A stretch of DNA of 32,773 nt from Jimgerdemannia flammicorona (lineage: Eukaryota): the NCBI GenBank assembly GCA_003990765.1, contig RBNJ01000334.1, forward strand, positions 1 through 32,773, given 5' to 3'. This document shows positions 11,096-21,630 of this stretch, piece by piece. The notes beneath the pieces were generated by a model. The model was not told the origin of the DNA and ran no database searches. It worked only from the letters and a program-made list of their open reading frames with translations. Position numbers and translations under genes: made by a program. Position 1 is the stretch's first letter. Each line of letters opens with the position of its first letter.

Positions 11096-13029
11096 CAGGA
11101 AATCATAATGTCCTGCTCGCGATCTCATGACACGAAATTACCTTGTGATCTCGTGACACAAAATTACTATTTCCTGCCGGTCTCGCGACATGACCTTGTA
11201 ACACGATCTCGTGGAGCAGAAGGTGACTGCAATATTGATCATTGGTTCTGTATATCTTATAGTTTACTCCCTTAGTGTAGTCTTGTTCTATATCTACATA
11301 ACCTATAGTATATTTGATGTTTGAATAGTAGATCAATAAGAATAGTATTTATTTGATATCACTATATCATTAAAGGAGGCAAGAGGATCTCAGTTTTGGA
11401 ACCCCATAGTATATATTATTATGAGATTCTAAAACTAAGGTCCTCTTGTCTTCATTAATGATCCAAATTTGATATAGTGATACTAAACAAATATCATTCT
11501 TATTGACCTACATACTATTCAAATATCAAATGTGAAGACAAATTTAAACTACAAACATACTATTTTTTTTTTGTTTAATGGACTCATGTCCCATGGATTT
11601 TTATTGGAAGGGAACCTAGACTATATAGGCCAAAACCCTCCCCCACCACCCACCAAGCACTGCCCCCCCATTAACCTAGGCTAGCTATTGTCCAGCAGCT
11701 CAACTATGCCAGGCACAGCAGGGCTAATAAGCCCACACCTCATTCTGCACACCATGCTCTCCCTACCACCAGGGGAAACCCAACCATATGCCAATGACCA
11801 AAAGCACATGCCTGAGAACCCAACGTATGTACAAGGCCATGCCCGAGCTGAATAGAATAGCCCCTGCCACCTCAAAGAGAATGACAGGCAAATAAAAACC
11901 CTCATCAAAGCACAACATGGTGGGTAGGGCCTGGTTCTTCCAGTTGAGGTAAGTAAAGGACTTACATGTGAGGTGGGAGGAAATCCCCAATACCCCACTA
12001 CTCAAGCCTGCGGGCCTCGATCACGTTGCTGTGTCAGCTTCTGGTTCCAGTTGAGTGCAGCCAAGATGCCTGAAATGGGTAGCCTTGGGCCTCCTGACCC
12101 CCCCTGATGACTGGGGCCCAACCCTGCTGACCGCCAAAAGAAGCTGATAGTGATACCTACCACCTAACCATGCTGCACCAATCAAAAGGCCCCACCGAAG
12201 CAGCACCTGCCCCAGCCCCAACAACCGCCCCCAGCCTGGCACCCTACTGGTTCACCGTAATCGCCCTTCCACCTATCTGTGATGGCCATCTCCCCTCCCA
12301 TCCCAATAACACCCAAAAAGCAGTCACCTACACCAGAACCACGCTCGCCGAGAAGCTCGCCAAAGCCAGAGGGCCCCACCACAGGCACCGAGGACCTGCA
12401 GGTAACCTACACTGAGCACTTGATGCCCAAGGTCGGCCGACTCCCTACGTAGCCTGAGACACACCGAGACAACTCCTTGTTAGCAATGGCAAAAGGAAGA
12501 AGGTGCCGCACCAAAACGGGTACACCCTAGATGCAGCTGAAGGCACCAGAATCCGTGAAAAAGTGGAGGAAGCACCGATCTGACACTGATAAAGGGGCAA
12601 CTCATCACCATTGCCCTCCTCCTGCCATGCCCCTGCAGGCACAGCAAACCAACCTGAGATAGAGGGGGTAATATTAGGGGAAAGGGGACTCGGAAGGTCG
12701 CCTACCAAACCTTGTGACTGGTAAGGTAGCAGAGAAAGGAGTGTATTCGCCTTGAACTACAAACATACTATAGGATATGCAGATATAGAACAAGACCACA
12801 CTAAAGGAGTAAACTATAAGATATACAGAACCAATGATCAATATTGCACCAGTCACCTTCTGCTCCATGAGATCATATTACAAGGGTCATGAGTAGGATG
12901 TGTTGCAAGATCACAAGCAGGATGTGGTAACTTCATGTTGCAAGATTGCAAGCAGGACATGGAAATTTTAAGTGCGAGCGAGATAAGCAGGACGTGTGTC
13001 ATGAGATCGCGAGCAGGACATCATTCCTG
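11096..13029. mobile_element. Palindromic foldback/MITE-like DNA element (~720 bp before insertion), interrupted by a retroelement
   Basis: 26-bp perfect inverted repeat at 11108-11133 / 12996-13021. Arms ~11190-11312 pair with ~12770-12890. The inner region 11313-11530 is itself a hairpin centred near 11414. No TSD was identified. Confidence 0.85.
11563..12754 (-). mobile_element. Non-autonomous SINE-like retroelement, copy A (complete, ~1.19 kb)
   Basis: A perfect 16-bp TSD, AACTACAAACATACTA, lies at 11547-11562 and 12755-12770. The A-tail appears as T10 at 11563-11572 and is preceded by AATAAA and a GGAC-atga-GTCC hairpin. There is a second copy at 32208-32773. No RT or EN motifs are present. 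Confidence 0.9.
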
Positions 13030-13543
13030 CACATTAACAGTCACAAATTGGTTCGGACCGTCTTTTACTTGTCTTACGCTTGTATATACGCTTGTAGAGC
13101 GAGTCATAATATAGAAATTCATTCGCCATATTTACAATCAGCTCTCGAAGGTTAATCGGCTCTAAGCAGAGAATTGTTTTGATTCCGTTCGTGAGCTGTT
13201 TTAAGTCGCAAAAAGGGATTTCGCTGTCATAGACAAGATTGAGACCAATATAAACCACATTGATGAACTCGATATAATTAATCCAGTCTGTGTTGCGTTT
13301 GGCTGGTGCAGCCCTCATTTTTAGTGCTGATCTCCCTACTAGGGGAGGAGCAAAACAGACAACGACGTACATTTTAGATAAGCTTCTAATAAAAAAATTC
13401 CTCCATCAGCCCACCTTTCCGTCTCGTGAAATAAATACCCGCCCCTACCCCATTGCTATGCCTCCTTATATTCTCCTTCCTTCTCCTCTCCTCCTATCCT
13501 GTCCCGTTCAACCCTCCCCCACCGCCGCCCCCGATCTACAGAC

Positions 13544-15232
13544 ATGACTGCCACCACGTCTACAATCTACCCCGACATGACCACCACCACGTCTGCCCGG
13601 TTCCTTACTCTCAACATATTTATACGACCACCATTCATCAAGAACAACCTATCTGATTACAAGGACTCCCGCCTCAAATATTTTATTCGGTACGTCCTGC
13701 CACGTTACGACGTCGTCGCACTACAAGAGGCCTTTGCGTTTGGGTCTATACGTAAGGACATCTTAATTTGTAAGGCCCGTAAAATGGGGTTCAACTATCA
13801 CATCGAGAGCATGCGCAAGAACATCTGTGACTGGTCCATCGACGGCGGGCTGTTGATCTTGTCAAAATTTAAGATTGTGGACTCGGCGAAATTGGAATAT
13901 GAGAGGGGTGTTCATAGTGATTGGTAAGTTGGTAGATACATTTTGGATTTAGACGAATATTGAGATGTGAAAAATAATTTTATGACAAAGGATTTATGAT
14001 TTGACCGCAATGAAAATAAATAAATAATAATCGCTCATGCAACCCTCTCCTATCCCTCTCTCTCTCCGCCTTCTGGTACACCCCCAGGTTCGCCGCTAAA
14101 GGCGCCCTTCACGCCCGTCTGGAGTTGAATCCTTCCACCCATCTGGACCTCTTCACGACGCACACACAAGCCTCTTACGGCCCACCCCCTCCAACCCTAA
14201 CCGACTCAGCCACGAAAGTCCGGTTCCGGCAGTTCTCCAAACTTCACGACTTTATCGCTTTCCGGGCTAACCTCCCCACAGGCGCATCCTCTCCGGTAAT
14301 CCCGATCCTGCTCGCGGGCGACCTGAATGTAGACGCATCGCAGCATGTCCCTCCCCCTACGCAGCCGTCTTCAGGTGCATCGGAAGAGTACGAAGCGATG
14401 ATGAAAGTTCTCCGTGGTGACAGCATAGAGGATTTGCCGGCATCCGAGAGACGGATCCCGTTGCTGGTGGACTCCGTGCGAGAACAGCTCGGGTACCACC
14501 CCGTGACGTACGGAGACGTGCAGCTGGGCCCGGATGGCGTGATCGAGCCTGCAGAGACCGTGCTGACCGCCAAGATGGACCAGGGGACCGTGCAGAGTTT
14601 GGATCGCCTCTTGTTCTGTGAGGCAGCGGAGGTGGAGGGAGAGGCAGAGGGAGAGAGGAAACAGCAGGGGTTGGCGGAGGGGGAGGTACGGCAGGAGAGA
14701 TATAGGATCAGGATTGCGAAGACGGCGGTGGAGAAGTTTTTGGTCAAGGATGAGAAAGATGTGACGGATATCTTGCCGTTCACACAAGTTTCAGGTGGGT
14801 TGAGACTCATTTTTTAATACAAGTGTGACGGCAGTGTTCTCTTCCATGACATCATTACATTTGTATGTATTCATTTGTTACCGAGGGGAAAGAGGGGAGA
14901 TTTTTTACTTTTTTTTATTTTATTCATTATGTCAATTTTTCTATCGATTATCATTCCCACACTGCCCCCCTCCTCTCTCCCCTTTCCTTTTCTCGGGGGT
15001 GGGGAGGGGGGGGGGGAAGTATGGTGTTGTGTGCGAAAGGCGGCCGAGAAAAATTAATTGGATGAAGCAGATTTTTCATTTCTTTCTTCCTTTCAAACCT
15101 TTTCTTAACGATTTCTGTAAGAAATTGCTTTGTTAATTTTCTTGCACACATTTAATCTCACATGGACTTTTTTTCTATCGGTCTATAGATCACTACGGTA
15201 TCTCTGCCGTTATCGAGCTGTCGTTCGTCTAA
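13544..15232 (+). CDS. Endonuclease/exonuclease/phosphatase (DNase I-like) family protein, neutral sphingomyelinase-like, 376 aa; exons 13544-13923, 14088-14794, 15189-15232
   Basis: Motifs FLTLN, DVVALQEAF, DGGLLILSKF, DW|FAAKGALH, TTHTQA, LAGDLNVD, SLDRLL and the terminal S|DHYG. Canonical introns (GTAAGT..CCCCAG; GTGGGT..CTATAG) keep the frame and rebuild the catalytic SDH. The substrate is inferred. Confidence 0.92.
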
Positions 15233-15752
15233 GCTGACGCCCGTGTGTCAGAGTAATAACCTGTAGGAAGGGGTGGTGGGTCCGCAGGTTTTTGGGCCAG
15301 ATGCCGGGGATGCCGAAGCGGCGAGACATTCATATCCACCACTTTTTTTTTTTTTTTTTTGTTGGCTGGGTGTCGAGTGGGGCATGGATCCAGCCCCCGC
15401 GACGGTAGTGCGTGCCGCCGTCGTATATATTCTCGTTAGACATTTTCCTTTTCCCTTGACTGTCCACTCATGTGTAATCTAAACCCCCCATAAAACATCT
15501 GCAATTAACCCGTAGTCCGTATCCATTGCCCATCGAAAGCTTGTATCATATCTTGTTCGGCGTTCTGGAAACGACCCAAAATGTGATGTTTGTTGTGTGT
15601 GTGGGGGGGAGGGGACGTGTGATGCCCATTGCTTGACATCGGGGAGCGGATCACGTTATATGATACCAAATATCGCTACCGTCAAGGATCGCCGTTGCAC
15701 TAGATAGTTTAGTTTTGGGATGACGTATTGCATTGGAATCTTATAAAATAAG

Positions 15753-16748
15753 ACCAATGTATCCGATCGAAACCAATAAAGGTAATGTCACCGAACCGGA
15801 TTATATAATAGACTTTAACTGCAACCGCACATGTACTACATGTGTACAGCATATATTTGTGGAATCCCACAACCTCGGACGTCAATATGGCAAAGTGTTC
15901 CCATCACCCCAGAACCACCTGAATATGACTATAGAAGAGTTATACGGATAGGGTGCGCGGCGGCTGCACTACATAGTCCGTACACCTGACTAACGGGCAC
16001 AACGCCAATAAAATTAAAGATTTCGACATGATATTTGATGCTGGAAGACGTTGGCGCTAGAATAATGGGAAATATCAAGTTGACTTGTAAACAGTAGCCC
16101 AAAAGTACCAATATATCCGATCGAACCCAATAAAGGTAATGGCACCGAGCCTGATTATAAAATAAAGTTTCACATGTATATACTTACAGAATCCCAAAAC
16201 CTGGGATGTATATTTATTGTCAATATGACAAGTGTTCTAATCACCACAACCACCTGAATACTATGCCGGCGCGAAATTCAGTTCCTCCTGCCTATTTGAT
16301 CACATACAACCGAACTTAGTAATGATTTTACGAAAAATATTTCAATATTGAGTAGACCAACCACTGACAAAGGCTGCAGGATAAAGTTAGGTTCACGAGA
16401 ACGTGAAGACGTGCGATTTCGCGAGGACGCGCGATTTCGCGAGGACATGCAATTTTGCAAAGGTTGCTTAGTATTATGTGTGGCACAAGTTATGCCTGTG
16501 TCCAGAAACGTTGCGCCAATATTTATTTAAGTGTATTTTAAACGGTTTATTTTTTATTCAAAAGTATTTTATTATTGATGAATTTTGCCTCAAGTAGGCA
16601 GGAGGAACTGAATTTCGCGCCGGCATAGTATGATTGAAGAGTTATTCGGGTATATACTTGGCGGCAGCACTACATAATCCGTACACCTGACCACCCAGCA
16701 CAATGCCAAAAAATTTAATGATTTTGATGCTGGAAAACGTTGGCACTA
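15753..16748. repeat. Diverged tandem duplication of a ~350-bp unit; the second unit carries a MITE
   Basis: accaat.tatccgatcgaa.ccaataaaggtaatg at 15753 and 16107. The blocks gcactacata.tccgtacacctgac and tttgatgctggaa.acgttggc.cta occur in both units. Confidence 0.85.
16261..16628. mobile_element. MITE with TA target-site duplication (Tc1/mariner-type), 368 bp
   Basis: 39-bp TIRs with 34 bp perfect (CTATGCCGGCGCGAAATTCAGTTCCTCCTGCCTA). TA lies at 16259-16260 and 16629-16630. Removing the element restores cacctgaatatga, matching the paralogous unit near 15916. There are three internal 18-bp tandem repeats. Confidence 0.95.
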
Positions 16749-17405
16749 CGTGGGGTGATGTCGTCAGATGACCATATATCACAACAAACCTGTTGTTGTC
16801 AATAGCGTTGGCACTAGGTGGGACGATGTCATCAGATGATCCCATAGAGTACATACCACAACAAACCTGTTGTTTTCAATGGTGCTAGATAGATAATCTA
16901 ATGTTTGGAATAAAAGTTTTTATGGGCGTTCTGGTCTCCGTAAGCCAACAAGTTGTGTTGTACATTTTTCGCACAATGGTACCGGGTGGTTAGGTGGGCG
17001 ATGTTGTCAGATAGAGCACATGCCACTACAAATCTTTCACCATCTGTTGTTTTCAATGGTGCTAGACTATACCAATGTTTTGAACAAAATATTATTATTG
17101 ACATCCTGGACTCCATAAGCCAAAAATATTTTAGAGTAACCGAGAAGGTTACCTACAGACAAGTTTACACCAATGATGTAGCTGGTGTTGCCGGTCATTG
17201 AGGTCAGAGGTTGATATGTATGCATGTCGTCTCGATCCAGGCAGCGTGAGAAAACATGCATCAGAAATACCCGATTCAAACAATATGTTCCCACATGCAT
17301 TAGAAGTAGTTGAATATATTAACATGTGCCAGTCATTGAGGTCAGGAGTTGACACCGTATGCAATCGCACCGATCCAAACACCGTGTTCCCACATGCATT
17401 AGAGT
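16735..17405. repeat. Cluster of nested short local duplications
   Basis: acaacaaacctgttgtt occurs twice, ctgttgttttcaatggtgctaga twice (~16868, ~17044), gtcattgaggtcag twice, and tgttcccacatgcattaga twice. Confidence 0.75.
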
Positions 17406-17659
17406 TTGAAGACATGGTAGGCGTTTTAATGTGTTGATTACACTGTCCGGGAGAATGGCAATGCAAAAGGTTTGGTATTGCAAATGGAACTGATAGTAGA
17501 ACTAGAATATTGTGTATTCAACTTGCTAGAGATGTTCTAGATCATTGTCAAGGAGACCCAACCGGTGTTACTGAGTCTTGGTTTGACTAGAAAGGTCGTT
17601 CCAGAACACGCAGATATGTTCTACACTTTTATTTGGAACATGCGCACATGAAATTATCC

Positions 17660-19053
17660 TCATCCTTCAAGTCGCGCTTTCCAGAAAATCCCCTGTGGCC
17701 ATCGACGTTCCATACTATAATAAAAATATTTTCCCCTGACATACTTTTCCGATACCATTTCCAAATAACCACCATACTCTGAAAATCCTGATGCACTATT
17801 GCCACAAATAACGCACCCCAGCATTGCCGCGCTCTTCAAGGCTGTGATCACACCCTGTGATGACAGTGGATCGAAAGCCAGTGCGCTATCTCCAATTGCA
17901 ATACATTTTCTCTCTGTGTCGAAACCCCGTTTCAGTCTCGCCCTGTGTGCGGCCGTATACTACGGAAAAGCCATGCTGTCCACGATTGCATACTGGAGCC
18001 ATTCGACGATCTCTCGGAGATGCGTGCAGCAGTTCCTGGAACCCATTGTGTCGGCGCGCCTGCTTTGTGGCTGGAGCATTGGCGTCCATATGAAAGGCTA
18101 CCACGCGGTGGTGATCAGGGAGGAGGGAGGTATACCACCAGCCTTCCTCGCTTCAATGAGAGTGTGGTTGTCAAGGTCGGTGGGGTGGTCGAAAGATGGT
18201 GGATCGAAGACAGCATAGAAAGACAGTAATTGGTCGCGCTTCACAGGATGGCATCCTTCTCGGTTGTGTGAGAAGACTTTGAAAGTTACATGGATTTTCA
18301 AGGGGAATAAGTTTTATTCTGAACGGTATCGTCATTTCTCACCTTTCGGGCAATGCAGTGATGCATCGACCAACCAGTAACCAACTCATGACTGCCTTTT
18401 GATCCTGTCTTCTGTCCGGTCACGACCCATCTTCCATCTCCGCAGAATGGAAGGTGGTGCCTTCATATAATTCCAAGGTCCACTTTGGTGCCAGCCTTCG
18501 CCATATGGATTCATAATGGAGTCCCGCTCGTAAATACCTACGAACCCCTAGGATAATGCGTTCCCTATGCACGGGATGTGTTTATTGCGCTTGAACGCAG
18601 AGACTAGTTCTTCCTTACCTAGGGAAGATAGCTTCCGGAGGAAGAGACTCTCCAATCTGAAGGATTGTTGATGACGAGGGAGTAATCGTGTCCAAGACGG
18701 TTAGAATATAGTGTAAATAGGCAATTATCAAAGAGAAGGCGAACATATTGTAAATATCCAACCTTGAACTTCAAGCTATTCAAATTATCCACCACAAGGA
18801 CAGATACCGCCTCATCCTACACAAATTCCATGAGATAGTAGAGTTCCCCACAATATCCGTATAGCAAACATGAGCTCCAGCGGACCACCTTCTGTATTCA
18901 AGATGGCCAAGGCTGTTGCGATACCGGCGAGACCCCCGGCCACAATGAGGACTAGTCAAAGTGCACCAAAATGTTAACGTTCATGGTGTTGGACTTCATT
19001 CATTCAGATTTTTTCATACCTTTGAAATTACGGCTCTCATTCTCCGACTCACT
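17660..19053 (-). pseudogene. FAD-dependent oxidoreductase of the tryptophan-halogenase-like superfamily, LodB/GoxB-like; intron-containing pseudogene
   Basis: Motifs in order across frameshifts: RNFK|VLIVAGGLAGIATA, FK|IGESLPPEA, HIPCIGNALS*G, RDSIMNPYGEGWH, WLVDAS, HTLIEA/EEGWWYTS, RVVAFHMD, IAIGDSALAFDPLSSQGVITALKSA, YYSMERRWPQGIFWKAR. GT-AG introns lie at 19019-18952 and 18762-18657. No in-frame ATG is evident, and there are several deletions and stops. Confidence 0.85.
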
Positions 19054-19232
19054 ATAACGAATTGTGGATCTAACTGACAAATCAACCAGTTTTTATAAAT
19101 CACGATATTTAAACCACCCATTTCTAAAGGACCACATTACATAGTGTAATGTAGTAAATGCTTAACCTGAGAAGTATGGCAGATTTCTATATCTTGAATA
19201 CTTGATCTTCTTTGACTCCTCAGAGTCCTTGG

Positions 19233-20336
19233 CAGGGTGCAGGGGTGAGTGAGTTTAAAATTTATCTGTCCACAGACTTACTAGTTCTTTTATCTCTTTG
19301 CTTTTGAACTATTTTTATCTGAGATTTATTCAACTAGATACTGGAGATATTTATATAAGTTTGCTAGCTATAAGGTAGCTAAGTTAGGACTTTTTTTCTT
19401 ATAAGTTATATTTTATATCTATAAGATCCTTATATTTGTAGAATTCTTATAATTATTTATTTCTTATAAGTATAAGATTCTTACAATTATAGAATTCTTA
19501 CATATAAGATTGAGACTATAATACTATACTAAATTTGAAAATTGAATTAAGATATTATGATCAAATATCTATCTTCTGATTCTTATTCTTAATTCAGATC
19601 ATATGTTACAAATTTTTCCTAAATAGATGATCTTGTTTCTGAAGTATCTATTCAAATATCCAAATCTTTACTAACTATATAGTATTATATTATAATCTAC
19701 TCAATTACTGTTTTCTAGTAATATATTTTATTTATATAAAATCTTTTAAAACTACTTCTCAGAAATAAGTTAGAGCTAGCTCATCATTCTTGAATAACTT
19801 ATAAACTTATTTAGTAATAGTGATCTAAGTATTAGAAATCTGATATTTAGCAATGTATTCTTCTTTAATTATGTCTGACTTCTAATTAAGAAGTTATCTC
19901 AACTTAAAGTATTCTTAGAACTTAGCTTGATATTGATAGACTCTAAAATATAAAATTTATAATAGGTGAGTCTGTACAATACTTTAAATACTATTAAAAA
20001 ATTCCTCTATACTTGAGTATTTAGTAAAATACTATTATCTTTCTATAGCTTACTGAGCAATACTGATAATCTTAAGAACTATAGCTATTATAATATATCA
20101 ATCTAGTATTACTCAAAGATCAGAGTTAAATATATCAAGTCTTATAATAATTAAATATAGTCTTATCAGTAATAAGACAATATAATTATTAAATAGTATT
20201 ATCTGAAGATTTTATCTAGTTTTTCCACTGCACCATCTCGACATTTGATAGTTTCTCCAGCACCACATCTGGTACAACTAGAGTTTTGCCACACTGCCCC
20301 TTTCTCCACTACCTTACTAATTACAATTGTTTGGTA
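19233..20336. mobile_element. Extremely AT-rich, TpA-rich decayed element of unresolved class
   Basis: Abrupt compositional switch after CAGGGTGCAGGGGTGAGTGAG at 19233. The region is almost CpG-free with stops in all frames. No diagnostic motif could be recovered. Confidence 0.45.
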
Positions 20337-20340
20337 GGCC

Positions 20341-20809
20341 ACGGGCAATACAGGTAATATGGGCAATATGGGCAATATGAGCAATACAGGCAAGATGGGC
20401 AAGATGGATAAGATGACAAGATGGCAACATGGGCAACATGGGCAAGATGGGCAGATGGCAAGATAGGCGACATGGGCAAAATGGGCAACATGGGCAACAT
20501 GGGCAACATGGGCAACATGGGCAACATGGGCAACATGGGCAATATAGGCAACATAGGCAACATGAGTAATATGGGCAACATAGGCAATATGGGTGGGCAA
20601 GACAGGCAAGATGGGCAAGATGGGTAAGATGGACAATACGGGCAATATGGGCAAGATGGGCAAGATGGGCAAGACAGCAAGATGGCAAGATGGGTGATAT
20701 GGGCAAGATGGGCAGATGGCAAGACAGGCAACATGGGCAAAATGGGCAACATGGGCAACATGGGCAACACAGACAACATGGGCAATACAGGCAATACAGG
20801 CAACATAGG
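20341..20809. repeat. 9-bp tandem array (ATGGGCAAN, ~50 units) with ~260-bp higher-order duplication; cut by the chromovirus LTR
   Basis: Units are ATGGGCAAC/G/T, ACAGGCAA, ATAGGCAA and ACGGGCAA. The irregular block atgggcaagatgggcagatggcaaga recurs at 20438 and 20699. Confidence 0.95.
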
Positions 20810-21617
20810 TGTAATAACTCTCACTTCTATCCCTCTCTTATCCTTTGAATAATTAGAGAAGTGGACTATTACTTAGGGACTTAGTACACAATATATACCA
20901 AGAAGCCTTCAGTTTGAGGAAGTGCTCACTTAAAGTAGTTGTAGCAGTAGTGCCTTATCTTTCAAAGGTCTTTCTTGGATTTGCCCTCTGTTTCAAAGGT
21001 CTTTCTCTTATGCCCTATTTCGAGGGTCTTGTTCTTTGCTGTGCACAGACTGAATTTGCCTTGGAATTCAGGTTCAATGGGTTTACTTAAGTCTTTGGGG
21101 ATCTATATATTGATCTCAGTTCTGGCAGAAGTTAGCTAGGCTTCTGGAGTTTAGTCAGAAACACTAGAGTCACTTAGATATCATTACTAAGACTCAGGAG
21201 AATGTGTGTGTGTGGGGAGGACTTGATTCTTGTATCAAGGACTGAACTAAAACTGCTTTATTTCGGATGGAAACTGGGGGATATTTATACAAGTTGGTCC
21301 GCGATTTCTGACTAAGTATGAGTGACTAATTTGGTAACTATAATGAGGTTTGTGATCGTGACCTTTATTAGGTGGTTTTTGGTAAAAACAACTTTGTGAT
21401 CAGGATCTCAATTACTAGGCAATGATCAGTTACTGTGGTAACTGTTGCTGTAGTGCTGATTGTTGGGGATAAGCTGGATATCATTTTCCACGTCATTTCG
21501 CATCATTCGCATCATTCGTCATTCATATGTCACACTTCGTTCATATGATGACATCATCGCCGGGTCACGTGATTGCTCGTCATTCATCATGTCCCATCTG
21601 TTCATCATTCTATTACA
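20810..21617 (-). repeat. 3' LTR (808 bp)
   Basis: 7-bp inverted termini TGTAATA (20810-20816) and TATTACA (21611-21617). It directly follows the PPT and contains TATAAATA at 21282-21289 (minus). The partner LTR is not in the window. Confidence 0.85.
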
Positions 21618-21630
21618 TCCTTTCCCCCTT
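21618..21630 (-). promoter_or_regulatory. Polypurine tract
   Basis: Minus strand reads AAGGGGGAAAGGA immediately followed by TGTAATA. Confidence 0.88.

Noticed and set aside
12100..12145. Hammerhead ribozyme core (CTGATGA) in the SINE-like element; also the GGGCAA-tggtgatgag-TTGCCC hairpin
   Set aside because: No stem II followed by GAAA could be built, and the hairpin loop has GTGATGA rather than CTGATGA.
12445..12708. 87-codon ORF present in both SINE-like copies (also 32245-32508)
   Set aside because: It has a non-ATG start, many non-synonymous differences and no recognisable motif. Shared openness is expected from recent common ancestry of GC-rich DNA, though a dN/dS test on more copies could revive it.
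14244..14810. 188-aa and 138-aa minus-strand ORFs
   Set aside because: They are antisense to exon 2 of the EEP gene and carry no independent motifs.
15300..17600. LodA/GoxA-like partner gene next to the LodB-like pseudogene
   Set aside because: No long frame or LodA-type motif could be found on either strand.
19233..20336. Assignment to a specific transposase superfamily (CACTA/Plavaka or hAT)
   Set aside because: There is only a vague resemblance in a stop-riddled frame, with no catalytic motif or paired TIR in the window.
20341..20809. CRISPR array or telomeric repeat
   Set aside because: Units are contiguous with no unique spacers, the context is eukaryotic, and the array is internal and degenerate with no TTAGGG-like unit.
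20199..20824. Cys/Pro-rich metallothionein-like, (GNM)n and (PML)n ORFs
   Set aside because: These are translations of the 9-bp tandem array. Several frames are open on both strands, and unit variation follows CpG decay rather than codon constraint.
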